Positions 1 through 8,903 of a stretch of DNA of 64,000 bases are shown here, in pieces; position 1 is the stretch's first letter, and each line of letters opens with the position of its first letter. The DNA lies in the NCBI GenBank assembly GCA_034420695.1, contig DAOULB010000002.1, forward strand, positions 151,644 to 215,643, given 5' to 3'. Position numbers and translations under genes: made by a program. The notes under the pieces are model-generated. The model saw nothing but the letters and a program-made list of their open reading frames with translations. It was not told the origin of the DNA and made no database searches. This DNA is from Dehalococcoidia bacterium. GTDB taxonomy: Bacteria; Chloroflexota; Dehalococcoidia; Lucifugimonadales; UBA3495.

Positions 1-1097
1 CCGAGCGGGAGCGGCTGGCCGGCGTGGCGGTGGACGCCGTGGTGGACAGCGTTTCGGTGGCCACCACCTACCAAGAGACCCTGGAAAAGGCCGGCATCAT
101 CTTCTGCCCCATCAGCGAGGCAATCCAGAACCACCCCGAGCTGGTGCAGAAGTACTTGGGCTCGGTGGTCCCCTACGGCGACAACTTCTACGCCACTCTG
201 AACTCGGCGGTGTTCAGCGACGGTTCATTTGCCTACATCCCCAAGGGAGTCCGCTGTCCCATCGAGTTGATGACCTACTTCCGCATCAACCAAGCCGATT
301 CCGGGCAGTTCGAACGCACCTTGATCATTGCGGACGAAGGCAGCTACGTCAGCTACTTGGAAGGATGCACCGCCCCGGCCCGGAAGACCCACCAGCTTCA
401 CGCTGCCGTGGTGGAACTGGTGGCCCTGGAAGACGCCGAGATCAAGTACTCCACGCTGCAGAACTGGTTCCCCGGCGATAAGGAGGGCCAAGGCGGCGTC
501 TACAACTTTGTCACCAAGCGGGGCAAGGCCAAGGGCAGGAACTCCAAGATTTCCTGGACCCAGGTGGAGACGGGGTCAGCCATCACTTGGAAGTACCCCA
601 GCGTTGTGCTGGAAGGCGACAACTCCGTCGGCGAGTTCTACTCGGTGGCCTTGGTCAACAACCATCAGCAGGCCGACACCGGCACCAAGATGTTCCACTT
701 GGGCAAGAACACCCGGAGCACCATCGTCGCCAAGGGCATCTCCGCCGGCCAAGGCAACTCCACCTACCGCGGGCTGGTCAAGGTCAACCCCTCGGCCGAC
801 GGCGCCCGGAACTTCACCCAGTGCGACTCGCTGCTCATCGGGGACCGGTGCGGCGCCCACACCGTCCCCTACATCGAGGTGCGGAACCCTACGGCCCAGC
901 TGGAGCACGAGGCCTCCACCTCCAAGGTCAGCGACGAGCAGCTCTTCTACTGCCAGCAGCGGGGCATCTCCGTGGAGGACGCCCACCACATGATAATCAA
1001 CGGCTTCTGCCGGGGCATCTTCCAGGAACTCCCCTTCGAATTCGCTATGGAAGCTTCCCAGCTCCTCAAAGTAAGCCTGGAAGGAGCGGTAGGGTAA
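1..1097 (+). CDS. sufB: Fe-S cluster assembly protein SufB (C-terminal part; 5' end lies outside the window)
   Basis: The reading frame of ORF 24..1097 is open to the window edge. It contains the conserved SufB region ...[28 protein letters not shown]...[20 protein letters not shown]...STYRGLVKV...[22 protein letters not shown]. sufC, sufD, sufS and sufU follow on the same strand. Confidence 0.95.
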   Translation, partial: ERERLAGVAVDAVVDSVSVATTYQETLEKAGIIFCPISEAIQNHPELVQKYLGSVVPYGDNFYATLNSAVFSDGSFAYIPKGVRCPIELMTYFRINQADSGQFERTLIIADEGSYVSYLEGCTAPARKTHQLHAAVVELVALEDAEIKYSTLQNWFPGDKEGQGGVYNFVTKRGKAKGRNSKISWTQVETGSAITWKYPSVVLEGDNSVGEFYSVALVNNHQQADTGTKMFHLGKNTRSTIVAKGISAGQGNSTYRGLVKVNPSADGARNFTQCDSLLIGDRCGAHTVPYIEVRNPTAQLEHEASTSKVSDEQLFYCQQRGISVEDAHHMIINGFCRGIFQELPFEFAMEASQLLKVSLEGAVG

Positions 1098-1180
1098 AAG
1101 GCGAATTGAAATCAAGATCATCAGAAACAGATGATTCGGAGAAAGGAGCCCGACAACAAATCTCCAAATGGGGATTTGGG

Positions 1181-2179
1181 ATGGCCCCGATTTCATCGCG
1201 CATGGAGACGAGATATACCACTGCATCGCACGCCATGTTAGAGGCGCTGCGAGGAACAACTGATATCGCCGAACTTGATCTGGACGCAGTTAGCGAAGTC
1301 AAAGGCATGTTTAATCGTTGTGTTCGCCAAGACCAGTGGGATTGGTTTAGCGTTCATACTAGACTCGGGCGTCCACATCTCCCCCAAATGCGCAGCATTG
1401 CTAGAGATTTGGACAATCTTCGCAAGTCGTTAAAGTTGGGAAATGACACATCCGCTCGAAACCACGTCGCTTCATTGGTTAGCAATAACCTTCACACCCT
1501 ACTGACAAATTACACTTCTCAACCAACTCATCTAAAGGGGTCTCAAGATTCTGGCTGGGTGTACATTTTGTCAACTCGTAAGCAACCTAACTACCTAAAA
1601 ATAGGAATGACTCACCGTCCCGTAGAGGATAGGGTCAAGGAAATCAATTCAGCGACGGGAGTTCTATTTCCATATTCTGTGCGTGCTGCCTTCCCTGTGA
1701 AGGATGCGAAGGTTGCTGAGAAGGCGGTTTTTGAGAGTCTTGAGGATTTTAGAGTAAGGGCTGATAGGGAATTCTTCGAGATCGATTTTGGGGAAGCGGC
1801 AAGAATCGTGCGGCAGGTCCTACACGAAGGTGGGATGATAGAACGCCCGAAGGGCAAAATCTCTTGGTTCGACAAGAAGAAAGGGTATGGACTCATAAAC
1901 ACATCTAATGGGGTGGATGTATTCCTTCATCATTCCCGGATTTCTAGGGCAAACACGGAGTTCTTGAGTGAGGGAACAACGGTTGAGTTTGACCTAGAAG
2001 TTACAGAGAGAGGACTAGCTGCCCTAAATGTAAAACTGTTGCCAGAACAGTTTGCTTTGCAAGAAGAAGACGAGGTGCCCGCGACGGCGCTGCTCAGTGA
2101 AGCCGCTCTAGCTGATGACTGGCTTAGTCCGGAAGAGGAAGAGGCATGGGCCCACTTGAAGGATCTGCCGTCGTTATAA
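1181..2179 (+). CDS. T5orf172 (MUG113, GIY-YIG-like) domain protein fused to a cold-shock domain, with an unknown N-terminal region of about 130 aa and an acidic C-terminal tail
   Basis: This is the in-frame ATG at 1181 of ORF 587..2179; the upstream part of that ORF is out-of-frame overlap with sufB. GWVYILSTRKQPNYLKIGMTHRPVEDRVKEINSATGV...REFFEIDF matches the T5orf172 pattern. GKISWFDKKKGYGLINTSNGVDVFLHHSRI matches the CSD RNP1/RNP2 motifs. The segment is visibly AT-richer (one sampled line is 47% GC). The start is uncertain; an alternative ATG is at 1202. Confidence 0.75.
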   Translation: MAPISSRMETRYTTASHAMLEALRGTTDIAELDLDAVSEVKGMFNRCVRQDQWDWFSVHTRLGRPHLPQMRSIARDLDNLRKSLKLGNDTSARNHVASLVSNNLHTLLTNYTSQPTHLKGSQDSGWVYILSTRKQPNYLKIGMTHRPVEDRVKEINSATGVLFPYSVRAAFPVKDAKVAEKAVFESLEDFRVRADREFFEIDFGEAARIVRQVLHEGGMIERPKGKISWFDKKKGYGLINTSNGVDVFLHHSRISRANTEFLSEGTTVEFDLEVTERGLAALNVKLLPEQFALQEEDEVPATALLSEAALADDWLSPEEEEAWAHLKDLPSL

Positions 2180-2285
2180 CGAGGTTCCCTTTCTCTAACT
2201 TATCCAGTCAGACCCTCAGGCCCGCCGTGGTTTTAGCCAGGACGGACTTGGGCGATTGGATTTTGGGACTAAGTCAAAGCCGAAA

Positions 2286-3068
2286 ATGACGACAAACGGC
2301 GATAATCAACCGCTACTTTCAGTCAGAGGCCTCCACGTCTCCGCCGGCGACCTAGCCATCCTGCGCGGGGTGGACCTCACGGTAAATGCCGGCGAAGTCC
2401 ACGCCATCATGGGGCCCAACGGCTCCGGCAAGAGCACCCTGGCCAACGTCCTGGCCGGACGCCCCGATTACACCGTGACCCAAGGCTCAGTTATCTACCA
2501 AGGCGAAGACCTCCTGGCCATGGAGCCGGAGGAGCGGGCCCGGTGGGGCGTTTTCCTGGCGTTTCAGTACCCGATAGAGCTCCCCGGCGTCAGGGATTGG
2601 CAGTTCCTCAAAGCGGCGGTGGACGCCCAGCGGCAGCACCGGGGCGAAGAGGAGATGGGAGCCCGTGAGTTCGACCGGCTGCTGCGGGAAAAAATAGAAA
2701 TGGTGGAGATCGGTCAGGACCTTGTGCGCCGCGCGGTCAACGAGGGTTTCTCCGGCGGCGAGAAGAAGCGCAACGAAGTGCTGCAGATGGCCGTGTTGGA
2801 ACCGACCCTGGCCCTGCTCGATGAGACCGACTCCGGCTTGGACATCGATGCCCTGCGCATCGTCTCCAACGGCGTGAACCAGTTGCGCCGGCCCGACAAC
2901 GCCATGATTGTCGTGACCCACTATCAACGCATTCTCGACTACATCACCCCTGACTACGTCCACGTCCTGCTGGAAGGGCGTATCGTCGAGTCAGGAAACG
3001 CCGACCTGGCCCGGGAGCTGGAAGCCAAGGGCTACGACTGGATTCGCGACTCCGTGGAGGCAGGGTAG
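2286..3068 (+). CDS. sufC: Fe-S cluster assembly ATPase SufC
   Basis: Walker A GPNGSGKST, the ABC signature FSGGEKKR and Walker B LALLDETDSGLD are present, and the gene lies within the suf operon. I chose the ATG at 2286, which is in frame with the TTG at 2256 used by the ORF track. Confidence 0.95.
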   Translation: MTTNGDNQPLLSVRGLHVSAGDLAILRGVDLTVNAGEVHAIMGPNGSGKSTLANVLAGRPDYTVTQGSVIYQGEDLLAMEPEERARWGVFLAFQYPIELPGVRDWQFLKAAVDAQRQHRGEEEMGAREFDRLLREKIEMVEIGQDLVRRAVNEGFSGGEKKRNEVLQMAVLEPTLALLDETDSGLDIDALRIVSNGVNQLRRPDNAMIVVTHYQRILDYITPDYVHVLLEGRIVESGNADLARELEAKGYDWIRDSVEAG

Positions 3069-3094
3069 TAGCCCGCCGTTGCGATTACGTTCAA

Positions 3095-3310
3095 ATGAGC
3101 TATTGGGTTCACGAAGATAGGCCGACAAACTCCGCGGTTACCCACCGGGGTAGCTGTAGATTCTGCAACGAAGGTCGCGGTCTGCGTAACCTTCCCAATA
3201 CTGCCGAGCGAATGTGGCACGGGCCTTTTGCAGAAGTAAAATCGGCGCGGGCCAAGGCGCGTATTACCAGACGTACTGACGTGCGTGACTGCAAAGTGTG
3301 CGCTCCATAG
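3095..3310 (+). CDS. Small hypothetical protein (71 aa) with two Cys pairs, zinc-ribbon-like
   Basis: The ORF is MSYWVHEDRPTNSAVTHRGSCRFCNEG...WHGPF...CKVCAP, with CxxC near the N-terminus and CxxC at the C-terminus. It occupies the sufC-sufD spacer. No function is recognisable. Confidence 0.5.
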   Translation: MSYWVHEDRPTNSAVTHRGSCRFCNEGRGLRNLPNTAERMWHGPFAEVKSARAKARITRRTDVRDCKVCAP

Positions 3311-3343
3311 GAATTTCTTGGCAGTGAGCAAATCGTTTCAGAA

Positions 3344-4696
3344 ATGACGTTGACTGCTTCGCTACACGAAGGATACGCGGCCGGGTTTGAGGCACTGCGA
3401 GCGGCCGCGCCCGTCCCGTCTTGGCTTGCCGAGCTGCGGGCCCAAGGCTGGGAGCGCTTCAATGCCCTGGGCTTTCCAACCGCCCGCCGTGGCAACGAAA
3501 AGTGGAAATACACCAACGTCCGCCCGGTAGCCGCCGCCCGGTTGGAAGTACCCTTGGCGCTGGACCCGGCGCAGGAACCCGCTCTTGAAGCCCTTAAGTC
3601 TGACGCCCCCTGGGACGATTCCTGGGTCAACCTGGTTTTCGTGGACGGAGTCTATTCACCGGCCCTTTCCTCTCCTCGCAGCCTGGGGGATGAAACCGGG
3701 GCCGCCAGCATCGGCAGCGCCCTGAACGCCGGGGACGGACCCTTGCACAACCATTTGGGACAATTGGCTTCGGTGGAAGATGATGCCTTTGTGGCCTTGA
3801 ACACCGCCTTCCTGCGGGATGGCGCCTTGGTCCAAGCCCCGCCCGGCCGGGACTGCCCTGCCGTGTTGAACTTGGTTTACGTGTCCACCGAAAGCGCCCG
3901 GCCCAAGGCAGCCTTCCCCAGGACCTTGGTGGTGGCGGGGGCCAACAGCCGCCTCACCGTGGCCGAGAGCTACGTCGGCCCATCCGCTGGAGGAAATCTG
4001 ACCAATGCCGTCACCGAAATTGTCCTTGAAGAGGGCGCCCACGTCGACCACTACAGTCTCCTCAAGGAGAGTCCCGGCGGCTATCATGTTGGGACCACCC
4101 GGGTGGTCCAGGCCGCGGATAGTTTCTTTGCCTCAACCGACTGTTCCTTCGGGATGGCCCTGGGGCGCCACGATTTGCAGGTAGTGCTCGACGGGCCTGG
4201 CAGCAGCTGCGACCTGAAGGGGTTGTACCTGACCTCCGGCAGCCAGCACATGGACAACTTCATCAACATCGACCACGCCTGCCCCCATACCACCAGTGAC
4301 CTCTTTTACAAGGGGGTCCTCGACGGCCGTTCCAAGGCCATCTTTGGTGGCACGGTGCTGGTGCGGAAGGATTCCCAGAAGGCCAAGGCCCGCCAGACCG
4401 ACCGGAACCTGCTTCTGTCCCGCACTGCCGAGGTGGACAGCAAGCCCAGCCTGCTCATCTACGCCGACGACGTGCAGTGCGGCCACGGGGCCACCGCCGG
4501 CCACATTGACCCGGAGGCGCTGTTCTACTTGCGCAGCCGCGGCCTCGGGCTGGACACCGCCCGCCGGTTTCTGGTCGAAGCATTTGCCCGGGAGATAGTG
4601 GACGCAGTCAAGGTGGAGACCTTGCGGGACTTCCTTAACCAAGCATTCATCCAGGCACTGCCCACCTCCACAACCAATCAAGAGGCCGCGCTATGA
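3344..4696 (+). CDS. sufD: Fe-S cluster assembly protein SufD
   Basis: The 450-aa ORF has the SufB/SufD-fold C-terminal region (...HTTSDLFYKGVLDGRSKAIFGGTVLVRKDSQKAKARQTDRNLLLS...DSKPSLLIYADDVQCGHGATAGHIDPEALFYLRSRGL). Its stop overlaps the sufS start (ATGA). Confidence 0.93.
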   Translation: MTLTASLHEGYAAGFEALRAAAPVPSWLAELRAQGWERFNALGFPTARRGNEKWKYTNVRPVAAARLEVPLALDPAQEPALEALKSDAPWDDSWVNLVFVDGVYSPALSSPRSLGDETGAASIGSALNAGDGPLHNHLGQLASVEDDAFVALNTAFLRDGALVQAPPGRDCPAVLNLVYVSTESARPKAAFPRTLVVAGANSRLTVAESYVGPSAGGNLTNAVTEIVLEEGAHVDHYSLLKESPGGYHVGTTRVVQAADSFFASTDCSFGMALGRHDLQVVLDGPGSSCDLKGLYLTSGSQHMDNFINIDHACPHTTSDLFYKGVLDGRSKAIFGGTVLVRKDSQKAKARQTDRNLLLSRTAEVDSKPSLLIYADDVQCGHGATAGHIDPEALFYLRSRGLGLDTARRFLVEAFAREIVDAVKVETLRDFLNQAFIQALPTSTTNQEAAL

Positions 4697-5952
4697 CTAC
4701 TTCCGGCGCCTCCGGCCCGCGGCCGGCGCTTTCACCTGTTGAAGTCGCCGAAATCCGGCGGGACTTTCCGATACTGTCCCAGACCGTCAACGGCCACCCA
4801 TTGGTGTACTTGGACAACGCCGCAACCAGCCAGAAGCCCCAAGTGGTCATAGACGCCCTGATGGACTACTACACCACCGAGAACTCCAATGTGCACCGGG
4901 GCGTCCACACCCTCAGCCAGCAGGCTACCGAAGACTACGAGGGTTCGAGAAGCAAAATCCGCCGCCTGCTGAACGCCGAAAAAGACGAGGAGATAATCTT
5001 CGTCCGCGGCACCACCGAGGGCATCAACTTGGTTGCCCAGACCTTTGGACGCCAGCGAATTGGCGAAGGCGATGAGGTGGTCATCTCTTCATTGGAGCAC
5101 CACTCCAACATAGTCCCCTGGCAGATTATCTGCCAGGAACGCGGCGCCAGCCTGAAGGTCGTCCCCATCAACGATGCCGGCGAGCTGTTGATGGAGGAAT
5201 ACGAGGCCCTGCTGACCCCGCGGACCAAGCTGGTGTCGATGCTCCATATCTCCAACGCCCTGGGCACCATCAACCCGGTGAAGCAAGTGATCGAACTGGC
5301 CCACAGCCGGGGGATCCCGGTGCTTCTGGACGGAGCTCAAGCCGCCCCCCACATGCCCGTGGACGTGCGGGACTTGGACTGCGACTTTTACGCCTTCTCC
5401 GGCCACAAGCTCTATGGCCCCACCGGCATCGGGATACTCTACGGCAAGGCCGGCCTCCTGAACGAAATGCCTCCCTTCCAAGCCGGAGGGGACATGATAA
5501 AGTCCGTCACCTTTGAAAAGACCCTGTACAACGACCTGCCCTACAAGTTCGAAGCCGGCACCCCCAACATCGCCGGGGCCATCGGCCTTGGCGCCGCCGT
5601 CGATTACGTCACCTCCATAGGCTTGGACCGCATCTTCGCCTACGAGCATGAACTGACGGAGTACGGGACTGGCTGCTTGTCCGGCATCGAGGGGCTGAGG
5701 CTGGTTGGCACTGCCCCGGAAAAAGCGGCCATCCTCTCCTTCGTCATGAAGCAGGCCCACCCCCACGACATCGGCACCATCCTGGACTCTCAAGGAATCG
5801 CCATACGCACCGGCCACCACTGCACCCAGCCCCTGATGGACCGGTTCGGCATCCCGGCCACCGCCCGGGCTTCCATGTCCTTCTACAACACTAAAGAGGA
5901 GCTCGACGCCCTGGCCAAGGGCATCGACCGGGTAATCGAGGTTTTCAGCTAA
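4693..5952 (+). CDS. sufS: Cysteine desulfurase SufS (class V aminotransferase, group II)
   Basis: It contains YLDNAATSQKP, the PLP-lysine region FSGHKLYGPTGIG and the catalytic-loop region RTGHHCTQPLM. It sits in the suf operon. Confidence 0.95.
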   Translation: MTTSGASGPRPALSPVEVAEIRRDFPILSQTVNGHPLVYLDNAATSQKPQVVIDALMDYYTTENSNVHRGVHTLSQQATEDYEGSRSKIRRLLNAEKDEEIIFVRGTTEGINLVAQTFGRQRIGEGDEVVISSLEHHSNIVPWQIICQERGASLKVVPINDAGELLMEEYEALLTPRTKLVSMLHISNALGTINPVKQVIELAHSRGIPVLLDGAQAAPHMPVDVRDLDCDFYAFSGHKLYGPTGIGILYGKAGLLNEMPPFQAGGDMIKSVTFEKTLYNDLPYKFEAGTPNIAGAIGLGAAVDYVTSIGLDRIFAYEHELTEYGTGCLSGIEGLRLVGTAPEKAAILSFVMKQAHPHDIGTILDSQGIAIRTGHHCTQPLMDRFGIPATARASMSFYNTKEELDALAKGIDRVIEVFS

Positions 5953-6401
5953 TGTCCAACTTGGGTGACCTCTACCAGGAAATCCTGCTTGAGCACAACA
6001 GCCGCCCCCGGAACTTCAGGGAACTGGACGACGCCACCGCCCGGGCCGACGGTTTCAACCCGCTTTGCGGCGACCAAGTGTCCCTGTACCTGAAACTCGA
6101 GGACGGCACGGTGTCCGACGCGGCATTCCAAGGCTCCGGCTGTGCCATCTCAAGGGCGTCGGCCTCCATGCTGACCCAGAGTATCAAGGGGCAGACCGTC
6201 GAGCGAGCCCGGGAAATCTTCGAAGCCTTCCACTCCCTGCTCACCGACCCCGGCGCCGAGCCCGACTACGACACCCTGGGTGACCTTGAGACTATGGCCG
6301 GAGTGGCTGAATACCCGGCCCGCATCAAGTGCGCCGTGCTGGCCTGGCACACCATGCGCTCTGCGCTGGACGGGAGCGGCGATTCGGTGACCACCGAGTA
6401 G
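5952..6401 (+). CDS. sufU: SUF-system NifU/IscU-like sulfur-transfer protein SufU
   Basis: All three conserved Cys contexts are present: NPLCGDQV, GSGCAISRASASM and RIKCAVLAW. The start overlaps the sufS stop (TAATG). Confidence 0.9.
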   Translation: MSNLGDLYQEILLEHNSRPRNFRELDDATARADGFNPLCGDQVSLYLKLEDGTVSDAAFQGSGCAISRASASMLTQSIKGQTVERAREIFEAFHSLLTDPGAEPDYDTLGDLETMAGVAEYPARIKCAVLAWHTMRSALDGSGDSVTTE

Positions 6402-6416
6402 CCGACGGCCTTGCGG

Positions 6417-6474
6417 CCAGGACAGAACCCCCAGGACTGATCGCCCAGGACAGAACCCCCAGGACAGAGCCCCC
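6417..6474. repeat. Short tandem repeat (about 3 copies of CCAGGACAGAACCCC, one copy degenerate) ending exactly at the ATG of the second sufU-like gene
   Basis: Read directly: ccaggacagaaccccc aggactgatcg cccaggacagaaccccc aggacagagccccc ATG. Confidence 0.85.
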
Positions 6475-6939
6475 ATGACACAAGGCCCCGACCTCCCCCT
6501 CAGCGGTCTCTACGGCGACCGCATCCTCGACCATTTCCGGAATCCCCGCAATCGCGCTCCCCTTCCGGCCCCTGACCTCACGGCCAAGGAGTTCAACCCC
6601 TTCTGCGGAGACCGTGTCCTGCTCCAGTTCAAACTGGACGGGTCAGGGAAAGTGGCCCAAAGCTGCGCCGCGGCCGAAGGCTGCTCCATCATCCAGGCCT
6701 CGGCATCCATGCTGTCCTGCCAGTTGGAGGGAAAGTCCCTGGAAGAAGTCGAAGCTCTTTCGGCAAACTTCCGCTCGATGATGGAGGGCGAAGAGTTGCC
6801 CCCGGAAATCTTGGAGGCCTTGGGAGAATTGGAAGCCCTGAGGGTGGTCTTGGCCTACCCCGTACGCATCAAGTGCGCCCTCCTGCCCTGGGTAGCCTTG
6901 GAAGAAGGGGTGGAGTCATACCGGAAGGGCCCGCCTTAG
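6475..6939 (+). CDS. Second SufU/IscU-like protein (tandem paralog)
   Basis: It has NPFCGDRV, AEGCSIIQASASM and RIKCALLPW, the same three-Cys architecture as the upstream sufU. No Shine-Dalgarno is visible because the tandem repeat abuts the ATG. Confidence 0.8.
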   Translation: MTQGPDLPLSGLYGDRILDHFRNPRNRAPLPAPDLTAKEFNPFCGDRVLLQFKLDGSGKVAQSCAAAEGCSIIQASASMLSCQLEGKSLEEVEALSANFRSMMEGEELPPEILEALGELEALRVVLAYPVRIKCALLPWVALEEGVESYRKGPP

Positions 6940-6968
6940 GAAAACCGCCGCCCTTCGCCAAGTTAAGC

Positions 6969-7288
6969 ATGGACGGGAAGTCACGGTACTCCAACAACAC
7001 CTTCGTGGAGCGTCAGTGGCGGACGCCAAAGTACGAAGAGGCGCACTTGAAAGCCTGCCCCAACGTCCTGGAGGCCCACAGGGGGATAGAAGGCTACTTC
7101 CGGGTCTACAACGACCAGAGGTCCCACCAGGCCCTCGCCTACCGGACCCCGGCAGAGGCGTCCCACGGGGTACAGAGAGTCGTAGAAGAGAAACCCAACG
7201 AAAGGAAGTGTTCACCGGGAGAAGGCTCAGAACCACTGGCAGTGCACCGGGACTCTCGCTTAACTCTGCGCTAATTTTGTCCAGATGA
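6969..7288 (+). pseudogene. Relic of an IS3-family transposase (C-terminal end of the integrase-core OrfB); 5' truncated and probably frameshifted near the end
   Basis: SMDGKSRYSNNTFVERQWRTPKYEEAHLKACPNVLEAHRGIEGYFRVYNDQRSHQALAYRTPAEA matches the conserved ...DN.FIER.WR.LKYEEVYL...EA...I..YF.FYN..RPHQALGYRTPAEV tail. No catalytic DDE region lies upstream. An alternative frame (7016..7288) ends in ...SLNSALILSR. Confidence 0.75.
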
Positions 7289-7592
7289 CCAGGTACACTT
7301 CATTTTGCCTCCGTCCCCAACGAATCAAACGTGAGAATCTCTATTCACCTACATAAGGGCAGTAGTCCCTTGCCGGCCACAACGGGAAGGTCCGAATGGG
7401 CGGTCAGATTCACAGGCATTGAGCGAGTCGTTGGACCAAGCCGACAAATATTGACAGAACGTGGATGATAATTGGCCCAGAGGCATAGTACCGGACGTAC
7501 AGGTGACTTTGGCGGTGATCAGAGCGAAAGGGAACTTACGTGGGACCTGTCCCTAGGGTTAACAACGGAGGCTGTTCTGTTGTAGGCTAGAG

Positions 7593-7635
7593 ACGGTCCG
7601 AGTCAGTAGCTGCAACGCTAGTGACTCGGCACCGT
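7593..7635. other. Strong hairpin (13 bp with one bulge, 16-nt loop) flanked by TAGGCTAG direct repeats, upstream of dcm
   Basis: ACGGTCCGAGTCA (7593-7605) pairs with TGACTCGG(C)ACCGT (7622-7635). TAGGCTAG occurs at 7583-7590 and 7636-7643. No T-tract follows. Confidence 0.6.
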
Positions 7636-7721
7636 TAGGCTAGTAATACAAACCCCGAGCCAAATTACTCCAAATGGGGTGAATAGCTAGAAGTCCTAAC
7701 TGCCGTTTAGGCGGGAAGCGA

Positions 7722-8903
7722 TTGGATTCGTATAATTATTTTTGCTCAGAAGAAGATGACTCCCCAAAATTAGTGGATCTGTTCTGTGGAGTGGGAGGCC
7801 TTAGCCTTGGCTCTTCGAGAGCGGGGTTTTCGGTTCATGGCGCCTTCGACGTGGATCCTGAGGCTATTCATGCCCACAGCCGCAACTTCCCAGGCACAGT
7901 TCATTTTAACACCGACGTAGCTGGGGTGAAGGGGCGGTCACTCAAGCGTCAGTTGAACCTTAAAGGAAATAGTCTCGACGGGATCGTGGGAGGACCACCT
8001 TGCCAGGGTTTCAGTTCAATTGGAAGAAGGGATCAAGCTGATGCTCGGAACGAACTGTTTGTCGAGTTCTTCCGAGTAGTTTCGGAAGCAATGCCTCGCT
8101 TCTTCTTGGCCGAAAACGTCCCGGGAATCATGCGGGAAAGTTATCGTGAGACTAGGGAGCGTGCTTTTTCCCTCGTCGAGAGGAAATACTCGATTTTGCC
8201 GCCGATGGAATTTGCCGCAAACGAGTACGGAGTGGCCACAACTCGCAATCGGGTTTTTTTCTTTGGTTACCTTCAAGACAGAATGGAACCTCTGACCAGC
8301 GATTGCTTCAGTGCTCCTTCGGACGTGGAACGAGTTTACGTGAAGGATGCCTTGCGCGGATTGCCGGCGAAGATAGACCCGGCATGGCAGACTGAAGAGC
8401 TGAGTTGGCGGACAATCCAGGGTTACGAGGACAGCAACTACGCGGGAAGGCTTCACGGCCATATTCCGAAGGGAGTAGGTGAAGCCATTGCTTTAGAGCG
8501 CCTCAAAGTGTTCAACCAGGTTTCAGGATTCCTCGGAACGAGACATACGCCACGAGTAGCTAAGCGTTACGCAAACACAGAGCAGGGAAAGCACGATGGC
8601 ATCTCAAAATCGTACCGACTCGATCCCGAGGGCTTTTGTCCTACCCTGCGGGCGGGTACCGGTCCCGACCAGGGGAGCTTCCAAGCTGTTAGACCCATTC
8701 ACCCAACAGAAGCTCGAGTCATAACTCCCCGAGAAGGGGCTCGGCTACAAGGTTTTCCTGACTGGTTCCAGTTTTCTCACACAAAGTGGCATAGTTTTCG
8801 CCAAATTGGAAACAGCGTTAGCCCAATTCTCGCGGAGCATATTTTCACGGTCATTGCTGCGGCGTTAGGTACTACAGCTCAAGCGGTGCATTGGCAGGGT
8901 TAA
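7722..8903 (+). CDS. dcm: DNA (cytosine-5)-methyltransferase
   Basis: The C5-MTase motifs are in canonical order: DLFCGVGG (I), GGPPCQGFS (IV), ENV (VI), RVITPREGARLQGFPD (IX region) and QIGNSVSP (X). The start is ambiguous: TTG at 7722 as in the ORF track, or the in-frame GTG at 7773 just before DLFCGVGG. Confidence 0.93.
   Translation: MDSYNYFCSEEDDSPKLVDLFCGVGGLSLGSSRAGFSVHGAFDVDPEAIHAHSRNFPGTVHFNTDVAGVKGRSLKRQLNLKGNSLDGIVGGPPCQGFSSIGRRDQADARNELFVEFFRVVSEAMPRFFLAENVPGIMRESYRETRERAFSLVERKYSILPPMEFAANEYGVATTRNRVFFFGYLQDRMEPLTSDCFSAPSDVERVYVKDALRGLPAKIDPAWQTEELSWRTIQGYEDSNYAGRLHGHIPKGVGEAIALERLKVFNQVSGFLGTRHTPRVAKRYANTEQGKHDGISKSYRLDPEGFCPTLRAGTGPDQGSFQAVRPIHPTEARVITPREGARLQGFPDWFQFSHTKWHSFRQIGNSVSPILAEHIFTVIAAALGTTAQAVHWQG

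Noticed and set aside
587-2179. A 530-aa ORF spanning the 3' half of sufB and the downstream gene
   Set aside because: The first ~198 codons are an out-of-frame overlap of sufB with Arg/Pro/Gly-rich shadow-ORF composition. Recognisable domains begin only after the sufB stop, so I start the gene at the ATG at 1181.
3076-3088. The 13-mer CCGTTGCGATTAC shared between the sufC-downstream spacer (3076-3088) and the island/rho border (12664-12676), considered as possible att-like repeats
   Set aside because: A 13-mer match is expected by chance tens of times in a 64-kb window when both strands are compared (about 4e9 position pairs against 4^13, about 6.7e7). The two sites do not bracket a coherent element.
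7731-7736. TATAAT hexamer inside the 5' end of the dcm ORF, considered as the dcm promoter -10 (which would move the start to the GTG at 7773)
   Set aside because: No acceptable -35 lies at 16-19 bp (TAGGCG at 17 bp). I kept it only as a note on start-codon ambiguity, not as a feature.
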